Shown here piece after piece: positions 19,652 to 31,119 of a DNA stretch of 64,000 nt (its first letter is position 1; every line of letters starts with the position of its first letter). A model generated the notes under the pieces. It was not told where the DNA came from and did not search any database. It saw only the letters and a list, made by a program, of their open reading frames with translations. Made by a program: the position numbers and the translations under genes. Source of the stretch: Macrostomum hystrix (taxonomy: Eukaryota; Animalia; Platyhelminthes); assembly GCA_950097015.1 (NCBI GenBank), contig CATNEN010000038.1:29946001-30010000 (forward strand), in the 5' to 3' direction.

Positions 19652-22600
19652 CATGCTACCCCTTCGATAATTCATGCTACCCTTCGAAAATTCATGCTAC
19701 CCTTCGATAATTCATGCTACCCCTTCGATAATTCATGCTACCCTTCGATAATTCATGCTAGCCCTTCGATAATTCATGCTACCCTTCGATAATTCATGCT
19801 AGCCCTTCTATAATTAATGCTACTCTTCGATAATTCATGCTACCCTTCGATAATTCATGCTACCCCTTCTATAATTCATGCTACCCCTTCGATAATTCAT
19901 GCTACCCTTCGATAATTCATGCTACCCTTCGATAATTCATGCTACCCCTTCTATAATTCATGCTACCCCTTCGATAATTCATGCTACCCCTTCGATAATT
20001 CATGCTACGCCTTCGATAATTCATGCTACGCCTTCGATATTTCATGCTACCCCTTCGATAATTCATGCTACCCATTCGATAATTCATGCTACCCTTCGAT
20101 AATTCATGCTGCCCCTTCGATAATTCATGCTACCCTTCGATAATTCATGCTAGCCCTTCGATAATTCATGCTACCCTTCGATAATTCATGCTAGCCCTTC
20201 GATAATTCATGCTAGCCCTTCGATAATTCATGCTACCCTTCGATAATTCATGCTAGCCCTTCGATAATTCATGCTAGCCCATCGATAATTCATGCTACCC
20301 CTTCTATAATTCATGCTAGCCCTTCGATAATTCATGCTACCCCTTCGATAATTCATGCTAGCCCTTCGATAATTCATGCTAGCCCATCGATAATTCATGC
20401 TAGCCCATCGATAATTCATGCTAGCCCTTCGATAATTCATGCTAGCCCTTCGATAATTCATGCTACCCCTTCTATAATTCATGCTACCCTTCGATAATTC
20501 ATGCTACCCTTCGATAATTCATGCTACCCCTTCGATAATTCATGCTACCCCTTCGATAATTCATGCTAGCCCATCGATAATTCATGCTAGCCCTTCGATA
20601 ATTCATGCTAGCCCTTCTATAATTCATGCTACCCCTTCGATAATTCATGCTACCCCTTCGATAATTCATGCTACCCCTTCTATAATTCATGCTAGCCCTT
20701 CGATAATTCATGCTAGCCCTTCTATAATTCATGCTAGCCCTTCGATAATTCATGCTACCCCTTCGATAATTCATGCTAGCCCTTCGATAATTCATGCTAG
20801 CCCATCGATAATTCATGCTAGCCCATCGATAATTCATGCTAGCCCTTCGATAATTCATGCTAGCCCTTCGATAATTCATGCTACCCCTTCTATAATTCAT
20901 GCTACCCTTCGATAATTCATGCTACCCTTCGATAATTCATGCTACCCCTTCGATAATTCATGCTACCCTTCTATAATTCATGCTACCCCTTCGATAATTC
21001 ATGCTACCCTTCGATAATTCATGCTACCCCTTCGATAATTCATGCTAGCCCTTCGATAATTCATGCTAGCCCATCGATAATTCATGCTAGCCCTTCGATA
21101 ATTCATGCTAGCCCTTCGATAATTCATGCTAGCCCTTCTATAATTCATGCTACCCCTTCGATAATTCATGCTACCCTTCGATAATTCATGCTACCCCTTC
21201 GATAATTCATGCTACCCTTCGATAATTCATGCTAGCCCTTCGATAATTCATGCTACCCTTCGATAATTCATGCTACCCCTTCTATAATTCATGCTACCCT
21301 TCGATAATTCATGCTACCCTTCGATAATTCATGCTACCCCTTCGATAATTCATGCTAGCCCTTCGATAATTCATGCTAGCCCTTCTATAATTCATGCTAC
21401 CCCTTCGATAATTCATGCTACCCCTTCTATAATTCATGCTACCCTTCGATAATTCATGCTACCCCTTCGATAATTCATGCTACCCTTCGATAATTCATGC
21501 TACCCCTTCGATAATTCATGCTACCCCTTCGATAATTCATGCTACCCCTTCGATAATTCATGCTAGCCCTTCGATAATTCATGCTACCCCTTCGATAATT
21601 CATGCTACCCCTTCTATAATTCATGCTAGCCCTTCGATAATTCATGCTACCCCTTCGATAATTCATGCTAGCCCTTCGATAATTCATGCTAGCCCATCGA
21701 TAATTCATGCTAGCCCATCGATAATTCATGCTAGCCCTTCGATAATTCATGCTAGCCCTTCGATAATTCATGCTACCCCTTCTATAATTCATGCTACCCT
21801 TCGATAATTCATGCTACCCTTCGATAATTCATGCTACCCCTTCGATAATTCATGCTACCCTTCGATAATTCATGCTAGCCCTTCGATAATTCATGCTAGC
21901 CCTTCTATAATTCATGCTACCCCTTCGATAATTCATGCTAGCCCTTCGATAATTCATGCTAGCCCATCGATAATTCATGCTAGCCCTTCGATAATTCATG
22001 CTAGCCCTTCGATAATTCATGCTAGCCCTTCGATAATTCATGCTAGCCCTTCTATAATTCATGCTACCCCTTCGATAATTCATGCTACCCTTCGATAATT
22101 CATGCTACCCCTTCGATAATTCATGCTACCCTTCGATAATTCATGCTAGCCCTTCGATAATTCATGCTACCCTTCGATAATTCATGCTAGCCCTTCTATG
22201 ATTCATGCTACTCTTCGATAATTCATGCTACCCTTCGATAATTCATGCTACCCCTTCTATAATTCATGCTACCCTTCGATAATTCATGCTACCCTTCGAT
22301 AATTCATGCTACCCCTTCGATAATTCATGCTACCCCTTCGATAATTCATGCTAGCCCATCGATAATTCATGCTAGCCCTTCGATAATTCATGCTAGCCCT
22401 TCGATAATTCATGCTAGCCCTTCTATAATTCATGCTACCCTTCGATAATTCATGCTAGCCCTTCGATAATTCATGCTACCCCTTCGATAATTCATGCTAC
22501 CCTTCGATAATTCATGCTACCCCTTCGATAATTCATGCTACCCTTCGATAATTCATGCTAGCCCTTCGATAATTCATGCTACCCTTCGATAATTCATGCT

Positions 22601-23787
22601 AGCCCTTCTATAATTCATGCTACTCTTCGATAATTCATGCTACCCTTCGATAATTCATGCTACCCCTTCTATAATTCATGCTACCCCTTCGATAAATCAT
22701 GCTACCCTTCGATAATTCATGCTACCCTTCGATAATTCATGCTACCCCTTCTATAATTCATGCTACCCCTTCGATAATTCATGCTACCCCTTCGATAATT
22801 CATGCTACGCCTTCGATAATTCATGCTACGCCTTCGATATTTCATGCTACCCCTTCGATAATTCATGCTACCCATTCGATAATTCATGCTACCCTTCGAT
22901 AATTCATGCTGCCCCTTCGATAATTCATGCTACCCTTCGATAATTCATGCTAGCCCTTCGATAATTCATGCTACCCTTCGATAATTCATGCTAGCCCTTC
23001 TATGATTCATGCTACTCTTCGATAATTCATGCTACCCTTCGATAATTCATGCTACCCCTTCTATAATTCATGCTACCCTTCGATAATTCATGCTACCCTT
23101 CGATAATTCATGCTAGCCCTTCGATAATTCATGCTACCCTTCGATAATTCATGCTAGCCCATCGATAATTCATGCTAGCCCTTCGATAATTCATGCTACC
23201 CTTCGATAATTCATGCTGCCCCTTCGATAATTCATGCTACCCTTCGATAATTCATGCTAGCCCTTCGATAATTCATGCTACCCTTCGATAATTCATGCTA
23301 GCCCTTCGATATTTCATGCTACCCCTTCTATAATTCATGCTAGCCCTTCGATAATTCATGCTACCCCTTCGATAATTCATGCTAGCCCTTCGATAATTCA
23401 TGCTAGCCCATCGATAATTCATGCTAGCCCATCGATAATTCATGCTAGCCCTTCGATAATTCATGCTAGCCCTTCGATAATTCATGCTGCCCCTTCTATA
23501 ATTCATGCTACCCTTCGATAATTCATGCTACCCTTCGATAATTCATGCTACCCCTTCGATAATTCATGCTACCCCTTCGATAATTCATGCTAGCCCATCG
23601 ATAATTCATGCTAGCCCTTCGATAATTCATGCTAGCCCTTCTATAATTCATGCTACCCCTTCGATAATTCATGCTACCCCTTCGATAATTCATGCTACCC
23701 CTTCGATAATTCATGCTACCCCTTCGATAATTCATGCTGCCCCTTCGATAATTCATGCTACCCCTTCGATAATTCATGCTACCCCTT
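19652..23787. repeat. 20/21-bp minisatellite (TTCGATAATTCATGCTA(C/G)CC(C)), ~4.1 kb
   Basis: Direct reading. Confidence 0.97.
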
Positions 23788-24143
23788 AATAAATAATTTT
23801 ATCGTCTGAAAAAATTTGCTTCTAGTTTTTAGAAATAAAAAATGCTAACAGCAACGTATGCTCAGACAGTCTTCATTTATTTTTTAATCCTTTCGGATAT
23901 TGCTTTAAAAAATGCTTGAAAAAACGTTAGAATTAGAAATGATCAGCGCTAATAGCTGTGCTCAAAGTATTTTCTTATATTTCTGAATCTAAAAACGCTG
24001 GCAGATATGCTCGAAAATTCTTTCCTCAGTTTTGTATCGAATAAAACTTGCTGCTGCACTCGAAAAAGTTTCTTTTCAATTTTTCAATGCTAATTCCTAT
24101 GAATAATTTATGTTTCCTTCTGGATAATTCCAGATATCCGAGA

Positions 24144-24450
24144 AGGCACAGAGGGCGCCCTGTGCCTTCAGGTGCAGGAATCCCTCCATGCTGTCCGTCA
24201 GCTGACCCATGGGCACACGTCCCCCGAGTGTTCAATTCTGACCCTAGGGCAGCCGGACAGAAGGGGCAACAGCGCTGGACGACCCATCCAGGGCCTCTGG
24301 CCTAAATGGATACCTCATGCCTCGGCTGGGGGAAAGGTGTCACTTTTCGACCATAACAGGGTATGCGGCCAGTCCGCAGCATCGTGCACCTGTGCGTGAT
24401 CAGGTACCTCTGGCTATGGCTGGAGGGGAAAGGTGTAACCCTTTTATTTA
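24144..24450 (+). mobile_element. GC-rich SINE-like/structured repeat
   Basis: GC island in AT-rich DNA; 5' hairpin GAAGGCACAG/CTGTGCCTTC; TAAATGGATACC resembling the SINE core at ~56474; duplicated GGGGAAAGGTGT.AC. Confidence 0.35.
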
Positions 24451-25095
24451 TATAATAAATAAAATAACGCAAGAAGCTACGCATACTCGACGAACAGTCT
24501 AGGTTTAGTTTGAATCGAATAAATTACGCTTGAAGCCATGCTCAAAAACGGTTGAAACTAAAAAAGTAGCAGTTTCAGTTAGTGACATATTTTTTCTAGA
24601 TCAGCTGAATATGATCTAAAAATATTTCCTTACTTTTGGCTCAAAAAAGAATAAACAAGATCCTTCCGCTTTTGCTGTTGATGATAGAATTGAATTGTGG
24701 ATGCACTCTGCTTCAATCCTCGCCGTTCTTTGTTATCTTCGCGTGTTTTGTTTTCTTTAAATGGTATGCCAATGTACGAGTATGTGGCAGTGTGTTTCGT
24801 TTTTGTATATACGTCACTTCTTTCCTACATTATATAAAAAATAAGGAAAAATCTAAAAATAAAAAACGCGCCAAAAATAAATATTTTTGTTTTACTTTTC
24901 CCGTAATAAAAATAATACTGTATATAAATATTTTGTTTTATTTTCTACCGTATAAATATTATTCTGTAAAATGTTACCATTAAACAAATGTAAAATTTTG
25001 CTGTATATATAGCCGCAACTTGTGACCAGAAAAATAAAGTGTGTTAAGTGTGCAAAGTTTGTCTAAAGCGTTTTAAGAAGTGTTCTCTGTGAATT

Positions 25096-26660
25096 CCGGG
25101 AATTCTGTGAGTGAGTATTGAGATGGGGGGCTGATGAGCAAGCGAGCGGCTGATCGCGTGAGTGCCTCTAAAACTCTCGCGCTGACGTTTGTCAATAATA
25201 TTTTTATCGTCCTCTCATAGGACGGAAAAACACTATACATTACCCGAGAAACACTCTACATATGGAAAATTTATTTCTGGTTGGCACAGGAAATTGGTTT
25301 TGTTGGGCTCAAGTAACTATGAAGAATGCACGGGAGCTGAAGATTGCAAGCTAGTGGGAAGATTGATAAATTTTACTGTGCAAGAAATGGGAATTATGGC
25401 TGAAAAGTACCTTTCTGCAATTAGGCAAGATACGAGTACGTTTTTAAAATTTCCCTTTTTTAGTATCGTTCAATTACCTTTTTATTTTCAATAGATTTTG
25501 ACCGGAGGGTTTGATTGTCGAAACGTCTGCACAATTAACGAGTGCGCTGTACATTCCAATGAGGCGAATACCTGCAAACAGCAGATCAATATGTATCCTA
25601 ACAGTCAAGCAGCCATTAAGGATCTGACTGCGGTGTCAGATTGCGGCATCTGAAAGCATGCAAGGCATTGCTGTCCTTAACACTAGAACTACCAAAAGGA
25701 GAAATTCCCCATGAAAACATGAATTAAGTAGCCAGTTTTTCAGACCGTCGAGATATTATTCAACGTTCTGGTCGAAGGACGAATTTTCCGATAGGCGCTA
25801 GTGTATTTTAGCACCCCTGAACACAAATTTGCACTGCGCCTCAGTGCGGCCTTGCCTGGCCTTCAAAATTTTCAGCATGTCACCAGAATGTGCCTGCATC
25901 ATCTCCGTCTTCGGTGGTCACCTACCTTTATCTAGACGGACTTCTAAACCTTCAAGGGCTTACAACAGGTAGATCTAGGTGACTATAGACACCTTGACGC
26001 GAATTTCTCGAGTTTCACTGATCAAGCCTAAATATTAGTCGCAGCTCAACCACAGGACACCATCGCCTAGTCTGTAAAGCAATCAGTCACCACCCAACGC
26101 TGTTAGCATTCTAGCGCTGCCAAAAACTTTTTCCGGGGTATGGTCGGCAAAATTGCTTGGTAGTCCTACTGTTAACTCGATCTAGACGCCAGGTCAGAGC
26201 AACATCCTCGGCAATGAGCTCGCCGATAAGCCAAGGATGGTAAAGCCTGAGAATGTCCGATGCCAACATCAATGATCACCCGAACCATTAAGAAGTGACT
26301 CTAGCGCCAGCACGTGACACTCTGGAACAGCTGTGATCACTACAGACAAGCCTGTTCCGCTATGCCCGAAAATTGACCGGAAAGTCTCTGATTACCAGAT
26401 TTTTATCGACACGTCTGACCACAGGGAAATGTGCATGGCCATTACTGGTCTTCTTCAACCTGGTTCTTCTGCAGCCCTAGGTGAGGAAACCGCGGCACAC
26501 CGCGTCACCTTCTGCCCGTTATTTGTGAAAGAGCGCAGATATGATATCTCGGTCACCACTCCGGAGAGAATCCACGATCTCCACGCCTTCATTTGACAGG
26601 CCAGACGAATGAAGATCGCTAACGCCAACCCAGCGAATCAGCATGGTGCTGCTGGCGTGC
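25096..26660 (+). mobile_element. Composite repeat containing a decayed RNase H-bearing non-LTR retrotransposon ORF2 3' region
   Basis: Remnant motifs YLDG (~25930), FTD (~26014), I*TPGQSNILGNELADK (~26180-26230; cf. W.PGH.GI.GNE.AD), ITGLL and EETAAHRVTFCP (C-terminal CCHC remnant); many stops and frameshifts. Confidence 0.75.
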
Positions 26661-27249
26661 AGTGTTGGGCACAAGTCCGTTCATGTCCGTTAATCGTTAA
26701 GGTCCGTTAAAGTCCGCTAACTTTTTTATTTAACTTTATTGGATATCAGTTACTTTTTTATTTTCTTAACAGATTCATAATTTTCCGTTACTTTTTTGAC
26801 GAATTAACTTTAGTTAGCTTCCGTTAATTTCGAAATTTCCACAAAATTAGCTTTTAGCATTTTTCTACCTATCTTAGCCTTTCTTACTGAGGGCTTTTCA
26901 TAATTTGTTCCATATGCCTATGTCTATGTCATGCCTTTTTTCGAGTAGTCGGAGACTGCAATATCATTATGATGAATTGTCATTAATCCAGCCTGAAGTA
27001 AGGCTGGATTAACTGGTGTTGCTAAGCAATAATACCCCTCTATGGTCACGACAATTGAGAACGCTACTTGTGGATTTGGATTTCGAGCATGTGGTCAGCT
27101 GCTGATTGCTACTGCTAGTAGCTAATTGATCGATACCAAATTACTACAGAAAAACATAATGGTCGAGTGCATTTGTTGCAAAAAATACCAGTAATTGGAA
27201 AGCAAGAATCTCAGGTAACCTTTGGAAAAAAGGCTTGCGGAAGTCTCAG

Positions 27250-29300
27250 CGAGAATCCTAGCAGAAGTCGAAGAGAGAATCGTGCAGAAGTCGCGGAGAG
27301 AATCGTAGCAGGAGTCACAGAGAGAATCGTAGCAGGAGTCACAGAGAGAATCGTAGCAGGAGTCACAGAGAGAATCGTAGCAGGAGTCGCAGAGAGAATC
27401 GTAGCAGGAGTCACAGAGAGAATCGTTGCAGGAGTCACAGAGAGAATCGTAGCAGGAGTCACAGAGAGAATCGTTGCAGGAGTCACAGAGAGAATCGTAG
27501 CAGGAGTCACAGAGAGAATCGTTGCAGGAGTCACAGAGAGAATCGTAGCAGAAGTCACAGAGAGAATCGTAGCAGGAGTCTCAGCGAAAATCGTAGTCAC
27601 AGTGAAGTGAAATCCGTAGCAGGAGTCGCAGTGAGAATCGTTGCAGGAGTCGCAGTGAGAATCGTAGCAGGAGTCGCAGAGAGAATCGTAGCAGGAGTCG
27701 CAGAGAGAATCGTAGCAGGAGTCACAGAGAGAATCGTAGCAGGAGTCACAGAGAGAATCGTTGCAGGAGTCACAGAGAGAATCGTAGCAGGAGTCACAGA
27801 GAGAATCGTTGCAGGAGTCACAGAGAGAATCGTAGCAGGAGTCACAGAGAGAATCGTTGCAGGAGTCACAGAGAGAATCGTAGCAGGAGTCACAGAGAGA
27901 ATCGTTGCAGGAGTCACAGAGAGAATCGTAGCAGAAGTCACAGAGAGAATCGTAGCAGGAGTCACAGAGAGAATCGTTGCAGGAGTCACAGAGAGAATCG
28001 TAGCAGAAGTCACAGAGAGAATCGTAGCAGGAGTCTCAGCGAAAATCGTAGTCACAGTGAAGTGAAATCCGTAGCAGGAGTCGCAGAGAGAATCGTAGCA
28101 GGAGTCACAGAGAGAATCGTAGCAGGAGTCGCAGAGAGAATCGTAGCAGGAGTCACAGAGAGAATCGTTGCAGGAGTCGCAGAGAGAATCGTAGCAGGAG
28201 TCACAGAGAGAATCCTAGCAGAAGTCGAAGAGAGAATCGTGCAGAAGTCGCAGAGAGAATCGCAGCAGAAGTCTCAGCGAAAATCGTAGTCACAGTGAAG
28301 TGAAATCCGTAGCAGGAGTCGCAGTGAGAATCGTAGCAGGAGTCGCAGAGAGAATCGTTGCAGGAGTCACAGAGAGAATCGTTGCAGGAGTCGCAGTGAG
28401 AATCGTAGCAGGAGTCGCAGAGAGAATCGTAGCAGGAGTCGCAGAGAGAATCGTAGCAGGAGTCACAGAGAGAATCGTAGCAGGAGTCGCAGAGAGAATC
28501 GTAGCAGGAGTCGCAGTGAGAATCGTAGCAGGAGTCACAGTGAGAATCGTTGCAGGAGTCACAGAGAGAATCGTAGCAGGAGTCACAGAGAGAATCGTTG
28601 CAGGAGTCACAGAGAGAATCGTAGCAGGAGTCGCAGTGAGAATCGTAGCAGAAGTCACAGAGAGAATCGTAGCAGGAGTCGCAGAGAGAATCGTAGCAGA
28701 AGTCTCAGCGAAAATCGTAGTCACAGTGAAGTGAAATCCGTAGCAGGAGTCGCAGTGAGAATCGTAGCAGGAGTCACAGAGAGAATCGTAGCAGGAGTCA
28801 CAGAGAGAATCGTAGCAGGAGTCACAGAGAGAATCGTAGCAGGAGTCGCGGAGAGAATCGTAGCAGGAGTCGCAGAGAGAATCGTAGCAGGAGTCGCGGA
28901 GAGAATCGTAGCAGGAGTCGCAGTGAGAATCGTAGCAGGAGTCGCAGAGAGAATCGTAGCAGGAGTCACAGAGAGAATCGTTGCAGGAGTCACAGAGAGA
29001 ATCGTAGCAGGAGTCACAGAGAGAATCGTTGCAGGAGTCACAGAGAGAATCGTAGCAGGAGTCACAGAGAGAATCGTTGCAGGAGTCACAGAGAGAATCG
29101 TTGCAGGAGTCACAGAGAGAATCGTAGCAGGAGTCACAGAGAGAATCGTTGCAGGAGTCACAGAGAGAATCGTAGCAGGAGTCACAGAGAGAATCGTTGC
29201 AGGAGTCACAGAGAGAATCGTTGCAGGAGTCGCGGACAGAATCGTAGCAGAAGTCACGGCCAGAATTGTAGCTGGAGTCACAGCCAGAATCATAGCAGAA
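27250..29300. repeat. 24-bp minisatellite (AGAGAGAATCGTAGCAGGAGTCAC) with four punctuating variant blocks
   Basis: Direct reading. Confidence 0.97.
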
Positions 29301-30026
29301 TCACGACCTTCAGATGTTAAGATTATGTATTAGCGCAAGACCATAAAAGCTTATTTATAGATAAATATATTTAGTATGGAACATTATACGATGCGAAAAA
29401 CTAGACTAAGATTCTGGCTAGCACGTGTTGGTGAAAATTAAACGAATTCCATGCATGGCTGCATAGACGACTTTGATTGAAATTTAAAGGTGGTTCTAAT
29501 TGATTGCCATGTTGACATAGAAAATTTACGCATATGGCAGCGATTCCAAAATCTACCGGCTCCAAAAAGGCTCCAAACGTGACACCGCCGTGCTGGTTTG
29601 GAAAGGATTCAAACAATGACTAATTCGCGAATTAGTTCGTATTAATTTTCTACACCACAAACAGCAAATTAAAAGCAATGGGAGCCAATCACGCCGAGAG
29701 ATAATTGGCTCAGCGATCAACAGAGGCTGCCTCATTTGAGCAATATAAAATGATTTTTAGCAGCGAGAGTATTAGGTTAAGAAGTCCGCCCTTCAAACTT
29801 CCGTCACGTCTGACAATGGCGGATCTAGGGGGGGGGCGGGGGGGCAGCTGCCCCCCCTGAACTTTTTAGGAGAAGGCCGAAAATGAAAAAAAATTTGAAT
29901 CGTCTCTAATATATATACAGAGAATTGTACACCATGATAAACTGCAACTTTAGACTATTTTTTTTGAGAATGATGAAGGCACAAAGTCAAAGTCCTTACC
30001 GGGGGGGGTCTGCCTTCATAAATTTT

Positions 30027-30963
30027 GGTTTACTCCCGATTCGCCGAATCCCGATTCGCCGAAATTCCAGATTCGCCGAATCCCGATTCGCCGAAATTCC
30101 TGACTCGCCGAATTCCCGATTCGCCGAAATTCCTGACTCGCCGAATTCCTGATTTGCCGAAATTCCTGACTCGCCGAATTCCCGATTCGCCGAAATTCCT
30201 GACTCGCCGAATCCCGATTCGCTGAAATTCCTGACTCGCCGAATTCCCGATTTGCCGAAATTCCTGACTCGCCGAATCCCGATTCGCTGAAATTCCTGAC
30301 TCGCCGAATTCCCGATTTGCCGAAATTCCTGACTCGCCGAATTCCCGATTTGCCGAAATTCCTGACTCGCCGAATTCCCGATTCGCCGAAATTCCTGACT
30401 CGCCGAATTCCCGATTCGCCGAAATTCCTGACTCGCCGAATCCCGATTCGCCGAAATTCCTGACTCGCCGAATTCCCGATTTGCCGAAATTCCTGACTCG
30501 CCGAATTCCCGATTCGCCAAAATTCCTGACTCGCCGAATTCCCGATTTGCCAAAATTCCTGACTCGCCGAATTCCCGATTTGCCGAAACATCTTACTTTA
30601 TCATAAATTAAAATTAAACAACATAACCATTGCCCTCTTTGAGTGTTGATCAAATATTGGAACTCTATTTCTATTGTATTGAAATTAATTAAAAAACTAA
30701 CTTAAATAAAATGCACTTTCTTCATTCTTTAACTTGTAAACTTGCTTCTAAACTTTATTAACTTTCTGGAACGTAGATTGAGTGAGCAAAGAAGAACATC
30801 ACAGGTACGAGAACTTCGGAAAAAGCAAAACTTGCTGGACATCCTTGTAGAGCCGAAAGTAAAAGTGTAATGAGGTACGGTAGCTCAGCAAAAAATGTTC
30901 TTAGCAATATTTTCGGCAAATAGGGAATCGGCGAATCGGGATTCGGCGAATCGGGAGTAAACC
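30027..30963. mobile_element. Non-autonomous Mutator/MULE (foldback-like) element nested in the hAT MITE
   Basis: TIR GGTTTACTCCCGATTCGCCGAATCCCGATTCGCCGA / TCGGCGAATCGGGATTCGGCGAATCGGGAGTAAACC; perfect 9-bp TSD ATAAATTTT. Confidence 0.88.
30036..30587. repeat. ~32-bp dimeric tandem array (TCGCCGAATTCCCGAT/TCGCCGAAATTCCTGAC) grown from the left TIR
   Basis: Direct reading. Confidence 0.92.
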
Positions 30964-31119
30964 ATAAATTTTGCCCCCCCCGAAAAAATCCTCGATCCGC
31001 GCCTGACGCCTGATGTCCACTAAATAAAAGTGGATCGTACTAGTTTCCCAATTGATAATCATTCAGCTCGGACATTTTTTAACTTACAGAATAAAAAAAC
31101 TGACAGAATATTCTATGAG

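Larger units (their letters stand above)
29814..31005. mobile_element. Non-autonomous hAT-type DNA transposon (MITE)
   Basis: Imperfect TIRs CAATGGCGGATCTAGG / CCTCGATCCGCGCCTG; 8-bp TSD ACGTCTGA / ACGCCTGA (1 mismatch); G/C-run subterminal motifs. Confidence 0.75.

Noticed and set aside
26660-26830. CAGTGTTGGG start with CCGTTAA subrepeats resembling a DNA-transposon end
   Set aside because: No matching opposite TIR or TSD could be identified in the window.
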